Source: Candidatus Eiseniibacteriota bacterium
GTDB lineage: Bacteria; Eisenbacteria; RBG-16-71-46; CAIMUX01; VGJL01
DNA: 64,000 nucleotides
Direction: 5' to 3'
Assembly: GCA_041946735.1 (NCBI GenBank)
Contig: JBHGAY010000003.1
Span: 96,001 to 160,000 of the forward strand
The translations under genes were made by a program, and so were the position numbers. Shown here piece after piece: positions 37,558 through 46,524 of this stretch. Numbering within the stretch: the first letter of the stretch is position 1; the number at the start of each line of letters is the position of its first letter. The notes below the pieces were generated by a model, which made no database searches, was not told where the DNA came from, and saw only the letters and a list, made by a program, of their open reading frames with translations.

Positions 37558-39990
37558 TCAGTACCGGTACGCCACCGTCACTCCGATCCGCCTCGGCGGG
37601 CCGAGATAGGCCTGCTCGCCTCCGCGGTACTCGTAGGCGGAGATCACGTAGCGGCGGTCCAGAAGGTTCTTCGCCCAGAGGTAGACCTCGGCCGTCCTTC
37701 CGGAGATCCCGACCCTTCCGCCGACGAGCTGGCGCGCTGCGCTCCTGTAGAGATTCATATGCGACATGTAGTACGGATCGATGTACTGATAGTCGGCCGC
37801 GACGATCGCCTTGAGGTCACGCCCTAGCAGGCGCGCCGGCATCAAGTACTTCGCGGAGATCGCGGTCGTGAAGCGAGGCGTGAACTGGAGGTCGTTGCCG
37901 GCGTAGTCGTACACGACATCGATGCCGTCCTTGGTCTCGTGGAACTCGAACTCCTCGAACTTCGCCTCGAGCAACCCGAGGTTTCCGGAAAGCGTCAGTC
38001 CGGCGAGTGGAACGGCGTTCACCTCCATCTCGAGCCCCTTGCTGGTAGTCCTTCCCGCGTTCGTGATCGTCTGGAGCGGGCTCGACAGGTCGCCGACGGT
38101 CAAGACCTGCTGTTGTCGCCAGTCGATGTAGAAGGCATTCGCGTTCAGCCGGAGGGTGTTCTCGAGGAAGGACGACTTCCAGCCGACCTCGTAGTTCCAC
38201 GCGAACTCCGGGCCGTAGTACGCGATCGGCTTGTCCGTGCTGTTGAAATCGCCGCCATGCGTTCCCCGGGAAGCCGATGCGTAGACCATGTCCGTTTCGT
38301 CAAGGCGGTAGGAAAGCGCGAACCTGGGTGTCACGAAGTCGAAGTCCTTGGTCTGCTTGCGGCGGCTCACGCCGTCGAAGGGTGGCGGAGCCGGCTCTCC
38401 GTTATACAGATAGCGCGTCTCGTTGTCGATCTCGATCGTCTGTCTCTCGATGCGAGCGCCTGAGGTGAATTCGAGTCTCTCGAAGAGCGTGTACGTGCCC
38501 TGGGCGAATCCCGCCAGCCCCTGCGTCGTCAGGTCGCCGGTCGTCGCCTGGTAGATCGGCCAGATCGGCACGTGATTCGCGCGCGCCCACATCTCCCCGA
38601 GGATCGCGCTGAAATCCTGGTCCTCGAGATCGTTCGAGTAGAAGGCGCCCGCCATCCACCGGAGGCGTGAAGGCCTAGCTGGGAACTGGCATCGAACCTC
38701 CTGCGACCAGCCTCGGTAGGGCGTATTCGAGAGGAGACCGATCAAATCGAGCGGGGAGAAGTCGGCATCGTAAAGCCAGTTCATCCCTGACGTATTCTGA
38801 TAGGCGGTCGTCGACAGGAGGTCGATGCCGGCCCCCTTGTACCTTAGCTTCAACGAGGCGATCGAGTTGTGCTTGTGGATCTTCGAGTCGACGTCCGTCG
38901 CGAACCGGTACGGGTCCTCCATTGCAGCGGCCGGGTCGGTCGCGAACGGCCAGATGCTTTCCTCGATCTGCTCATTGTTGGCGAAGATCTCGGCGCTGAA
39001 GGACTCCGACGGGAAGAAGCGGAGGTCGAGGGTCCCGCCACGCCCCTTGCTCCAGCCGGCGTTCTTATCCAGGTATGTGTTGGTGTAGTAGCCGTCCCGG
39101 TTCGCATCGTAGACGGAAGCGCGAAGGAAGAGCCGGTGCCGGACCAACGGCGCGGAGACGCCGAGCGAAACCTTGGAAGCGTCGTAGTTCCCGTACTCCA
39201 TGCCCACAGAGAGTCGCGTCCGATCGCTCGGCTTCTGCGAGACGATGTTGACCACGCCGGCCAGTGAGTTCCGACCGTACAGCATGCCTTGCGGGCCTCG
39301 AACGATCTCGATGCGGTCGACGTCGTTCAAGTACATCGGATTCAGGCCGTAGCCATAGATCGGCACGCCGTCGTAGTAGAAGAGGCTCGTCGCCTCGAAC
39401 GGGGTCGCGGGCACAATCCCGCGGATGCTGACGAAGTCGGTCATGTGCGATCCAGTGTCCGCAATGATCGAGTTTGGCGAGAGGCCGGAGACGTCGGTGC
39501 GGTCGCGGATCGACAAGTCGCCGATCTTCTCCGCGGTGATCGCGCTGACAGCGACCGGAACCGTCTGCAGGTTCTGCTGGACCCTTGCTGCCGTGACGAC
39601 GATCTCCTGGAGGTTCACTGGCACGCGGTTCAAGGTGAAGTCGATTGCCAGGGTATCGGACCCCGCAGGAACCGTCATTTCCCGCCGGACCGGCTCGGCT
39701 CCGATCATTGAGACGATGACGAGATAATCCCCAGCGCGGATATTCGCGATGAAGTAGTGCCCCGATGCGTCGGTCAGAACTCCCATTGCAGTCCCATCGA
39801 GATACACCGACGCTCCCTGGGCCGGCTCTCCCTTCGAGTCCGTCACTCTGCCGCCAACCCCTGCGCCCCACGCGGGTGCCGCCGCGTACAGGACAAGGAC
39901 CAGGAGAAAAGCGGCAGTCACAGCCCGGATCAGAACGCGCACCCCAGCCCCGGTCTTGGGATCCATGGCGACTCTGAGCTTCGGCTTCAT
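37558..39990 (-). CDS. TonB-dependent receptor with N-terminal carboxypeptidase-regulatory-like domain
   Basis: GAGGAGGAG, then a TGATG overlap with the kinase stop; signal ending AWG; GRVTD..GEP..GASV; EIVVTA TonB box; DRIEIVRGPQG.LYGRN..AGVVNI plug; NLLDRRY..PRRIGVTVAYRY. Confidence 0.92.
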   Translation of the reverse strand: MKPKLRVAMDPKTGAGVRVLIRAVTAAFLLVLVLYAAAPAWGAGVGGRVTDSKGEPAQGASVYLDGTAMGVLTDASGHYFIANIRAGDYLVIVSMIGAEPVRREMTVPAGSDTLAIDFTLNRVPVNLQEIVVTAARVQQNLQTVPVAVSAITAEKIGDLSIRDRTDVSGLSPNSIIADTGSHMTDFVSIRGIVPATPFEATSLFYYDGVPIYGYGLNPMYLNDVDRIEIVRGPQGMLYGRNSLAGVVNIVSQKPSDRTRLSVGMEYGNYDASKVSLGVSAPLVRHRLFLRASVYDANRDGYYTNTYLDKNAGWSKGRGGTLDLRFFPSESFSAEIFANNEQIEESIWPFATDPAAAMEDPYRFATDVDSKIHKHNSIASLKLRYKGAGIDLLSTTAYQNTSGMNWLYDADFSPLDLIGLLSNTPYRGWSQEVRCQFPARPSRLRWMAGAFYSNDLEDQDFSAILGEMWARANHVPIWPIYQATTGDLTTQGLAGFAQGTYTLFERLEFTSGARIERQTIEIDNETRYLYNGEPAPPPFDGVSRRKQTKDFDFVTPRFALSYRLDETDMVYASASRGTHGGDFNSTDKPIAYYGPEFAWNYEVGWKSSFLENTLRLNANAFYIDWRQQQVLTVGDLSSPLQTITNAGRTTSKGLEMEVNAVPLAGLTLSGNLGLLEAKFEEFEFHETKDGIDVVYDYAGNDLQFTPRFTTAISAKYLMPARLLGRDLKAIVAADYQYIDPYYMSHMNLYRSAARQLVGGRVGISGRTAEVYLWAKNLLDRRYVISAYEYRGGEQAYLGPPRRIGVTVAYRY

Positions 39991-42900
39991 CAGCTCCTCC
40001 TCACCTGGCGATCTCCGTCTTGATCGCTCCTCCCTCCCGCCGTGCGATCGAGAGGAGCGAATCGGCAACTGCCGGCCGCGGTGAACGAGCCCTTGCTGGG
40101 TGTGATGCTGGTGTTTCCCGGCCTGTTCCCCCAGCACTTCACCTCGAATCGTCCGTCGACTCCCTCGAATCGTCCGGTCCCCTCGACCGCAGTGGAGAAC
40201 GCCCGGCTCTCGTAATGGTCTGGCGTCATCAGCGTCATCTCGCCTGTATACGCCAGCCGGATCTGCGCTCCATCCCTGGCGGTGCAGGTTCCCACGCCCT
40301 CGGAGAAGTGGCCGGTCGCCATGTTGTAGCGATGGCTTATCTCGACGGTGCACGGACCGAAGTACGTCGCGTGCCCCTCGAACCTGCCGGTCGAGATGAG
40401 CTCGTCCTCCGTCACAGGCACGCTCGAGAACGCTCCCTCCCCATACACGAACCACGGCAGGGTCAGCGAGGCGAGCCACTCCCGCCCGCGCGAAAGGAAT
40501 GCCACCGATTCGTCACGGGCTCCGATCCGCGCGAGATGATGCCCGAGAGAGATGAGCACCTGCGCCTCGAGCTGCGGATCCCCCGCGTCCTTTGAAACAT
40601 CGAGCGCCTCATCGAGCGCCGCGCGTTCGCGGTCCGGGTGCTGCAACAGGTCGAGCCGCTCCGCCTTGCGCAGCAGGATCTCGATCCGGCGGGCTCCGGA
40701 AAGGAGCCCGCGACAGCCCAAGGCCATCTCGATCAGATCGAGCGCCCTCTCGCTCGAGAAGCTCTGCTCCAGACGCCTCAGCGCGGGCTCCAGATGCGGC
40801 AAGGCTCGTTCGCCGCGCCCTCCCTTCAGGAAGTGCTCGCAGACCGCAGTCACGTCTTCGGAACCGCGGATCTCCAGCGCTTCCCCGATCGATGCGTGGT
40901 ACGCCTGTCGCAACGGTTGCGAGAGACTGCCGTAGAGCGCCTCCTGCACCTGATGGTGATCGAAGACGTAGTTCGAGCCCGAAGAGCGAACGAGCCGGTG
41001 ATGCCGCTCGATCTGCGACAACAGCTTCAGGACGGCGAGCGTGGGGAGTCCCGTCGCCTCTGCGACGAGCAACGGGTCGAACGAGAACCCGCAGCAACTC
41101 GCCGTGTCCAGCAGGTCCCGCTCCTGCTCGGAGAGGCTCGATACCCGTGCTTTCACCAGGTCGAGCACCGAGGAGGGGATCTCGATCTTCTGGATCTTCT
41201 TCGAGATCACCCAGGTGCCGTCAGGAAGCATCCTCAGGTACTGCCCCTCCCGCAGGTCCCGTACAATCTCGAACGCGAAGAACGGGTTGCCGTCCGACTT
41301 CGCCGCGATCTTGTACGCCAGCTCCTCCGCGAGCGATTCCGAGCGGAACGCGTCGACCAGCAGCCTCGTCAGGTCCTTCGGCCCGAGCCGGGAGAGGGCC
41401 ATCGACCGGGCGTGTTCGAGCCGCTCGATGCTTGCACGCCAGCTCTCCGGGACTCCTGGACGGGACGTGCCGATCAGAAGGACCCGATCCTCCGGGATGG
41501 CGAGCGCGAGCGACGCGAACATCGCGCGCCCCTCCTCGGGAGCGAAGTGCAGGTCCTCGATCAAGACCACCGTCGGCCGCTCGGCTGCGAGCGCCCGGGT
41601 CGCCTGGACGAACGCCGTCTGCATGGAGTCCTTGGTCAGCGGCTCCTTCCCCTCGGGTGTCGGCTCCCCCTTGAGGAGAGCGGCGAAGGCAGACGCCAGC
41701 GAGGGCGTGAGCGAGAGGTAGCCTCGGATCCTCTCTTCCAGCCCCTCGGATCCGAACTGCTCCCGGTAGGCCGTGGACCATGCGCCCGAAACCGTTGCCG
41801 CCCCGCCGGGCGGATAGCTGCCAAAGAGGAAGTTCAAGTCCTCGCCGGCGGAGTCCAGCTCTCCGATGAACTCGTCGATCAGCCGGGTCTTCCCGATCCC
41901 CGCCTCTCCTTCGACTAGGAGGACCTGGCCGTGGGCGGCCTTGACGTCCGCGAAGATGACGCGCAGTCGCGCGAGATCATCCTCCCGGCCATAGATCGCC
42001 GTCTCCCGCGGCATCCGGACCCGCCGGAGCGGTCGCTTTGTCTCGATCCGGATCGCCTGCGCCCGGGCGTTCCACCATTCGCTCTTGTCGCCGTCCTCGA
42101 GGACGTGGATCAAATCGGTCGCCGACGCGAAGCGATCCTCCTTGTCCTTCGCGATCAGCTTCTGTACGACCTCCTCGAAGAAAGGAGAAAGTTGCGGATT
42201 CAACTGACCGACCCGGCGCGGCGGCTCTTCGAGCACCCGTCTCAGGACGACGCGAGGATCCCCGTCTCGATATGGATGTCTTGCCGTCGAAAGCTCGTAG
42301 AGGATGATGCCGAGGGCGTAGAGGTCCGCTCGGCCGTCGATGTCCGGACCGTCCGAGCGGAACTGCTCGGGCGCGGCGTACTCAACCGTCCCGATGAAGC
42401 TCCCCGTCTGGCTGAGGCGCGCGGTCTGTTCCGTAGGCCGTGCCACTCCGAGGTCCATCACCTTGACCGCGTGGTCCGCCGTGATGAGGATGTTGTCCGG
42501 TTTCAAATCCCGATGCACGACTCCGGCGGCATGGATCGCCGCGAGCCCCCTCGCAATCTCACGGCCGAGGTGACGGCACAGTTCCTCCGGAACGCGATCC
42601 AGCTCTTGGAGGAGAGACCGCAGCGTCTGCCCCTCGACGTATTCCATCACCAGGAAGTTGAGCTGACGACCCTCGTGCACAATCGCATCGCAATCGATGC
42701 AGCGGACGACGTTGGGATGGCGGACCGACTTGCCGATCTCCGCCTCGCGCAGGAAGCGCTTGAAGAAGCCGGCCTTCTCGAGCAGGTGGGGATGGATGAT
42801 TTTCAGAGCGACAGTCGTGCCTGCGGCGAGCCCGGGCGCTTTGCCAACGACCTCGGCCCGGTAGACCTTTCCCATCCCGCCGGAGCCCAACTCATCACCG

Positions 42901-43142
42901 ATGAGGTAGGGGCCGATTCGAGCCTGCGGATTCAGGGTCCCGATGGTGTGAGTGATCTTGTCACCGGTGTCCTCCGAGCCGGAGAAGGGCTCGCTATCGA
43001 GCGCGAGGAGATCTTCGACCTCCGCCCGCAAGGAGGCGTTTGTACCGCACGCCGCGCGCAGGGCCGCGCGCCGATCCTCCTCGGGAAGATCGGCCACGCG
43101 CAGGAAGATCTCCTTCACGCGCTCGTAGTGGCCCGGGATCAC
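39990..43142 (-). CDS. Cytoplasmic Ser/Thr kinase + AAA/STAND ATPase + short TPR-like region + C-terminal beta-rich 'GTGRF' domain
   Basis: GTGA overlap with the sigma gene; GSGGMG, VALK, HRDLKPDN, DLGVA, GTVEYAAPE; YGRE, GEAGIGKTRL, VLIEDLH, SDGNPFF; the last ~140 aa resemble the proteins at 44074 and 44736. Confidence 0.88.
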   Translation of the reverse strand: MIPGHYERVKEIFLRVADLPEEDRRAALRAACGTNASLRAEVEDLLALDSEPFSGSEDTGDKITHTIGTLNPQARIGPYLIGDELGSGGMGKVYRAEVVGKAPGLAAGTTVALKIIHPHLLEKAGFFKRFLREAEIGKSVRHPNVVRCIDCDAIVHEGRQLNFLVMEYVEGQTLRSLLQELDRVPEELCRHLGREIARGLAAIHAAGVVHRDLKPDNILITADHAVKVMDLGVARPTEQTARLSQTGSFIGTVEYAAPEQFRSDGPDIDGRADLYALGIILYELSTARHPYRDGDPRVVLRRVLEEPPRRVGQLNPQLSPFFEEVVQKLIAKDKEDRFASATDLIHVLEDGDKSEWWNARAQAIRIETKRPLRRVRMPRETAIYGREDDLARLRVIFADVKAAHGQVLLVEGEAGIGKTRLIDEFIGELDSAGEDLNFLFGSYPPGGAATVSGAWSTAYREQFGSEGLEERIRGYLSLTPSLASAFAALLKGEPTPEGKEPLTKDSMQTAFVQATRALAAERPTVVLIEDLHFAPEEGRAMFASLALAIPEDRVLLIGTSRPGVPESWRASIERLEHARSMALSRLGPKDLTRLLVDAFRSESLAEELAYKIAAKSDGNPFFAFEIVRDLREGQYLRMLPDGTWVISKKIQKIEIPSSVLDLVKARVSSLSEQERDLLDTASCCGFSFDPLLVAEATGLPTLAVLKLLSQIERHHRLVRSSGSNYVFDHHQVQEALYGSLSQPLRQAYHASIGEALEIRGSEDVTAVCEHFLKGGRGERALPHLEPALRRLEQSFSSERALDLIEMALGCRGLLSGARRIEILLRKAERLDLLQHPDRERAALDEALDVSKDAGDPQLEAQVLISLGHHLARIGARDESVAFLSRGREWLASLTLPWFVYGEGAFSSVPVTEDELISTGRFEGHATYFGPCTVEISHRYNMATGHFSEGVGTCTARDGAQIRLAYTGEMTLMTPDHYESRAFSTAVEGTGRFEGVDGRFEVKCWGNRPGNTSITPSKGSFTAAGSCRFAPLDRTAGGRSDQDGDRQVRRS

Positions 43143-43735
43143 GCCTGCGGCCCTCCCGGCGGTCCACGCAGCTCACGGCCAAGCCACGCGGCCGCGATCC
43201 GCCAGTCGCCACGGACCGTTCGCTCCGAGACGCCGAGGACCGTGGCGATCTCCTTCTCGCGCAGTCCGGCGAAGACCCGCATCTCGACGATCTGAGCCGC
43301 GCGTGGATCGACCTCCGCGAAGCGCGAGAGGATACGGTCCAACTCCAGGATCTCGAGTTCGGATCGCCCGCCGATCTGCACGTGCTCATCGAGCGCGATC
43401 TTCTCGCACCCCCCTCCGCGTTTCTCGGCGGCGCGGCGGCGCGCATGCTGGATCAGAACGCGCCGCATCGCCGACGCGACGATGCCGAAGAACTGCGCGC
43501 GGCTCTCCCACTCGATGGGGACGTCGCCGACCAAGCGCAGATACGCCTCGTTGACCAGGGCGGTGGGCTGGAGCGTATGGCTCTGGCGTTCGTGGCTCAT
43601 CAGGCCGACCGCGATGCGGTGCAGCTCGCGGTAGGTGGCCTGGAACAGCTTCGCGGTCGCTACGGAAGGATCCTCTTGCTCCTTCGCGATAAGGCGAAGG
43701 AGTCGCGTGACTTCGCCCTCGATGGGCTCGTCCAT
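43139..43735 (-). CDS. ECF sigma factor, kinase-associated type (TIGR02999-like)
   Basis: EVTRLL, YRELHRIA, HTLQPTALVNEAYLRL, FFGIVASAMRRVLIQHAR, KRGGG, VEMRVFAGL, SERTVRGDW. Confidence 0.92.
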   Translation of the reverse strand: MDEPIEGEVTRLLRLIAKEQEDPSVATAKLFQATYRELHRIAVGLMSHERQSHTLQPTALVNEAYLRLVGDVPIEWESRAQFFGIVASAMRRVLIQHARRRAAEKRGGGCEKIALDEHVQIGGRSELEILELDRILSRFAEVDPRAAQIVEMRVFAGLREKEIATVLGVSERTVRGDWRIAAAWLGRELRGPPGGPQA

Positions 43736-43931
43736 GCGCCACCCCCGGAGTGAAGCGGCATGCCGGGCACAGGCACGCGCAGACCGTAGCTACTTTGCGG
43801 CAAATACGGTACGGCCCCGGGAAGCGTCCTGCAACCGGAGAATGGCGGTCCGGGAGAATCGCAGCTGGCGATGACGAAAGGCCGGCGGGACGGCAGCCCG
43901 GGTCGGGACGCTTGCGCCTCGACGGGCTTTT

Positions 43932-43953
43932 TGCCGGTTTCGGACGCGGAATG
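43932..43953 (+). promoter_or_regulatory. Candidate ECF-dependent promoter element upstream of the two secreted GTGRF proteins
   Basis: TGCCGGTTTCGGACGCGGAATG; 15 of 22 positions match the minus-strand element at 28115-28136. Confidence 0.4.
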
Positions 43954-44073
43954 CACACATAGGGGAGCAGTCCCGGCGGTTCGAGAGGATGCGTCACGAA
44001 TCCCGGACGCGAGGGGGGCCGGCCCGGACCGGCGCCCGTATGCCAAACGGATGACTCAAGAAGGGGGACAGAA

Positions 44074-44628
44074 ATGAACATTCTCATCTCCGCCCTGATG
44101 GCCGTTCTGCTGGGCTTCACCGGAAGCTCCGCCGACCCCGGTGCGGTCAGCACGTCGCCCGACAGGAGCGACCAGGACACGATGTTCCGAGAACCGGTGG
44201 GTGGGTATTTCCATGGCAGAATCGACGGGATCGCAGTGACCGTGGGCTATTGCGTACCGGATCAGGTACTGGACATCGACTTCGACGGCGTCGGCGTCGT
44301 CTCCTTCCTCGGGCGCTGCACGATGAGCGCAAACAACTGCTCGGACTGGACCGATCCCGAGCTGCCTTTCGAGGGCGGCATTGAGGGTGACGGCACGGTG
44401 GTCGCAGCCAACGGGGATGAGCTCTACATGACGGTAGCCGGCAGGTACTACGTCGGTAGCTTGCCGCCGACCACGATGACGATCACCGGCACGTACACCG
44501 TCACGGGCGGCACGGGCAGATTCTCCGATGCAACCGGCTCCGGGCAGATCTACGGAGAGCAGGAACTCTTGGATCTATACGGTCATCACGAGACCTGGTT
44601 CAGCTTCGACGGGACTTTCCGTCCTTAG
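44074..44628 (+). CDS. Secreted beta-rich protein with GGTGRF motif (dirigent/allene oxide cyclase-like barrel inferred)
   Basis: AAGGGGG ribosome-binding site; signal peptide; G..SFLG.C, AANGDEL, TVTGGTGRFSDATGSG. Confidence 0.8.
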   Translation: MNILISALMAVLLGFTGSSADPGAVSTSPDRSDQDTMFREPVGGYFHGRIDGIAVTVGYCVPDQVLDIDFDGVGVVSFLGRCTMSANNCSDWTDPELPFEGGIEGDGTVVAANGDELYMTVAGRYYVGSLPPTTMTITGTYTVTGGTGRFSDATGSGQIYGEQELLDLYGHHETWFSFDGTFRP

Positions 44629-44644
44629 GCGAAGCGAAGAGACG

Positions 44645-44676
44645 CTGGGAGCCGGCAACTGTCGTCCGGCTCCCAG
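44645..44676 (+). terminator. Intergenic hairpin between the two GTGRF genes (terminator, attenuator or stabiliser)
   Basis: CTGGGAGCCGG (44645-44655) pairs with CCGGCTCCCAG (44666-44676). Confidence 0.45.
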
Positions 44677-44735
44677 TTGGATGGAAAGCCTGTTGGCGCT
44701 CGGGGCTCGGCCCCGAGATCTGAAGGAGGAATCCC

Positions 44736-45221
44736 ATGACAGGGCGGGCCATGTTCTTCGGACTTCTCGTGGCGCTGGTCGCCGCGCTCGCTCCGATCAC
44801 AGCGCAGTCGCAGGAGATGGTCTACTTCAAGGGGCACGCAGAGGGGACGATCGATCACGCGCCAAGCGTCGCCTGCGGGACCGGGTTCCTCGAGGCGACC
44901 ACGCAGGCCTCGGGGAACGTTAGCCACATGGGTCGCGTCGACATCGAGGGCCTCCACTGCCTGAACCCGAGCAGCGGCGAGGTGAGCAATGGCGATTTCA
45001 CGATCGCCACCAAGGGTGGAGACATGCTGTACGCCACCTACACCGGGCAGGCTTTCCCAGACCAGACGGTCCGTCTGGAAGGAACGTGGACCGGCGGCAC
45101 GGGACGTTTTGCCGGGGCAACCGGGCAGTTCGTCGTGACCGCGACCAAGACGGTCGGCGACATCTGGCACTCCCAGATCGTCATGGATGCGGTCGGGACG
45201 GTGACGATCATCGACGACTGA
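44736..45221 (+). CDS. Secreted beta-rich protein with GGTGRF motif (paralog of 44074)
   Basis: AAGGAGG ribosome-binding site; signal peptide; GNVSHMG, TKGGDML..TYTG, WTGGTGRFAGATGQF. Confidence 0.82.
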   Translation: MTGRAMFFGLLVALVAALAPITAQSQEMVYFKGHAEGTIDHAPSVACGTGFLEATTQASGNVSHMGRVDIEGLHCLNPSSGEVSNGDFTIATKGGDMLYATYTGQAFPDQTVRLEGTWTGGTGRFAGATGQFVVTATKTVGDIWHSQIVMDAVGTVTIIDD

Positions 45222-45526
45222 TCACATGGGGAGAAGGCGGGCGCCCATCTCCCATTTCACGGAGCCAGCCCGCACCCCGGGCCTCCCGTCCATCTCACAT
45301 CGGACGGGAGGCTCGGTCCGTGAAAGTGGAGGACGCGTTCCCGGGAGAGGAATTTCGAGTAGAATGGGTGCGCCCGCAAGCGGGTGGCGGGGACGCGGCC
45401 GAAGCTCGGCATCCGTGCCGGCGCCGTCCCTGCCGGATCGATCCGGTTCGGGAGAACGGCCGCTTCCCGCTCGACAAACCGCTCGAAAGACTGCCGTTCC
45501 GTCCCGGATCAGGAAAGGGCCCCGAT

Positions 45527-46354
45527 ATGCGTGTCCTTCTGATCCTTCTCGCCCTTCTACTCCTACTCATCGCTGGCACCGCCGCTGCCCGGGACGTCGC
45601 GAAGAACGACCAGGTCATCGATGGGATCGTGACCCCGCACGCGAACCAGATCGACGCCGAGAACCGTGGAGCCGATCTGGTCGTCTCGATCATCGCCGGC
45701 ACCTTCACCGACCTCGGTCCGGCCTACCGGAGCGCGCTTCTGGCGATCGGTGAGGGCCCGGTCGACCTGATCTACGACCCGATGGGCAACTGGCCGAGCC
45801 TGAGCGGCTACACGACGGTGCTCGTCACCTGCTCCGACCTCTGGTGGAGCGGCTACTTCCTCGCGGCCGACGAGCAGCAGCTCGCCGCCCACCTTGACAC
45901 CAACGGTTGCGTGACCTTGATCGGTCAGGATTATCTCTACCAGCGGGGCGGCTACGCAGGCTTCCCCGCGAACTACCTCGGCGTCGCGGGCGCGAACGAA
46001 GACGCCAACTACAACGACAGCGGCGAGCTTTCGTGGCAGGGAACGACGAGCGGCCCGCTGGAAGGCGTCTCCGGCTCGATGTACCCGTGCTTCGCCGCGA
46101 ACCCCTGGTTCACCGACGAGATCTATCCCGCCTCCCAAGGACTCGTGACCTGGGCCTCGCCGTTGTACGGCCCGGCCGAGGGCGGGACGCAGCTGAGCTT
46201 TGCCGTCTTTTCGGCAGTCGAGTTCGCCTGCGGCGACCCCGCCACCCTGGAGACGGTCATGGTGAGTCTCCTCTGCGGAGGCATACCCCCTCCCCCGCCT
46301 CCTGTGGCGACGCAGCACGAGAGCTGGGGGAGCCTGAAGCACCAGTACCGCTGA
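45527..46354 (+). CDS. Secreted hypothetical protein with C-terminal SWG tail
   Basis: Signal MRVLLILLALLLLLIAGTAAA; L.AHLD.NG...LIGQDYL segment; poly-Pro linker, then VATQHESWGSLKHQYR*. Confidence 0.8.
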   Translation: MRVLLILLALLLLLIAGTAAARDVAKNDQVIDGIVTPHANQIDAENRGADLVVSIIAGTFTDLGPAYRSALLAIGEGPVDLIYDPMGNWPSLSGYTTVLVTCSDLWWSGYFLAADEQQLAAHLDTNGCVTLIGQDYLYQRGGYAGFPANYLGVAGANEDANYNDSGELSWQGTTSGPLEGVSGSMYPCFAANPWFTDEIYPASQGLVTWASPLYGPAEGGTQLSFAVFSAVEFACGDPATLETVMVSLLCGGIPPPPPPVATQHESWGSLKHQYR

Positions 46355-46398
46355 TTCCTGGCTGCTTCCGCCGATCCCACGGCGGATGCGAAACGATT

Positions 46399-46447
46399 CG
46401 AGAAAGAGCCGGCCCTCCACTTCCCAGGGTCGGCTTCTCCTTTCTCG
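46399..46447 (+). terminator. Putative intrinsic terminator
   Basis: AGCCGGCCCT/AGGGTCGGCT stem with outer CGAGAAAG/CTTTCTCG pairing and a pyrimidine-rich 3' side. Confidence 0.45.
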
Positions 46448-46524
46448 CAATTCCGTAAGACCCGGTTCACGACACCGGCATGAGATGGACGAGTGAGCAT
46501 GATCGGCGTACGCTTCCCGCCGGC

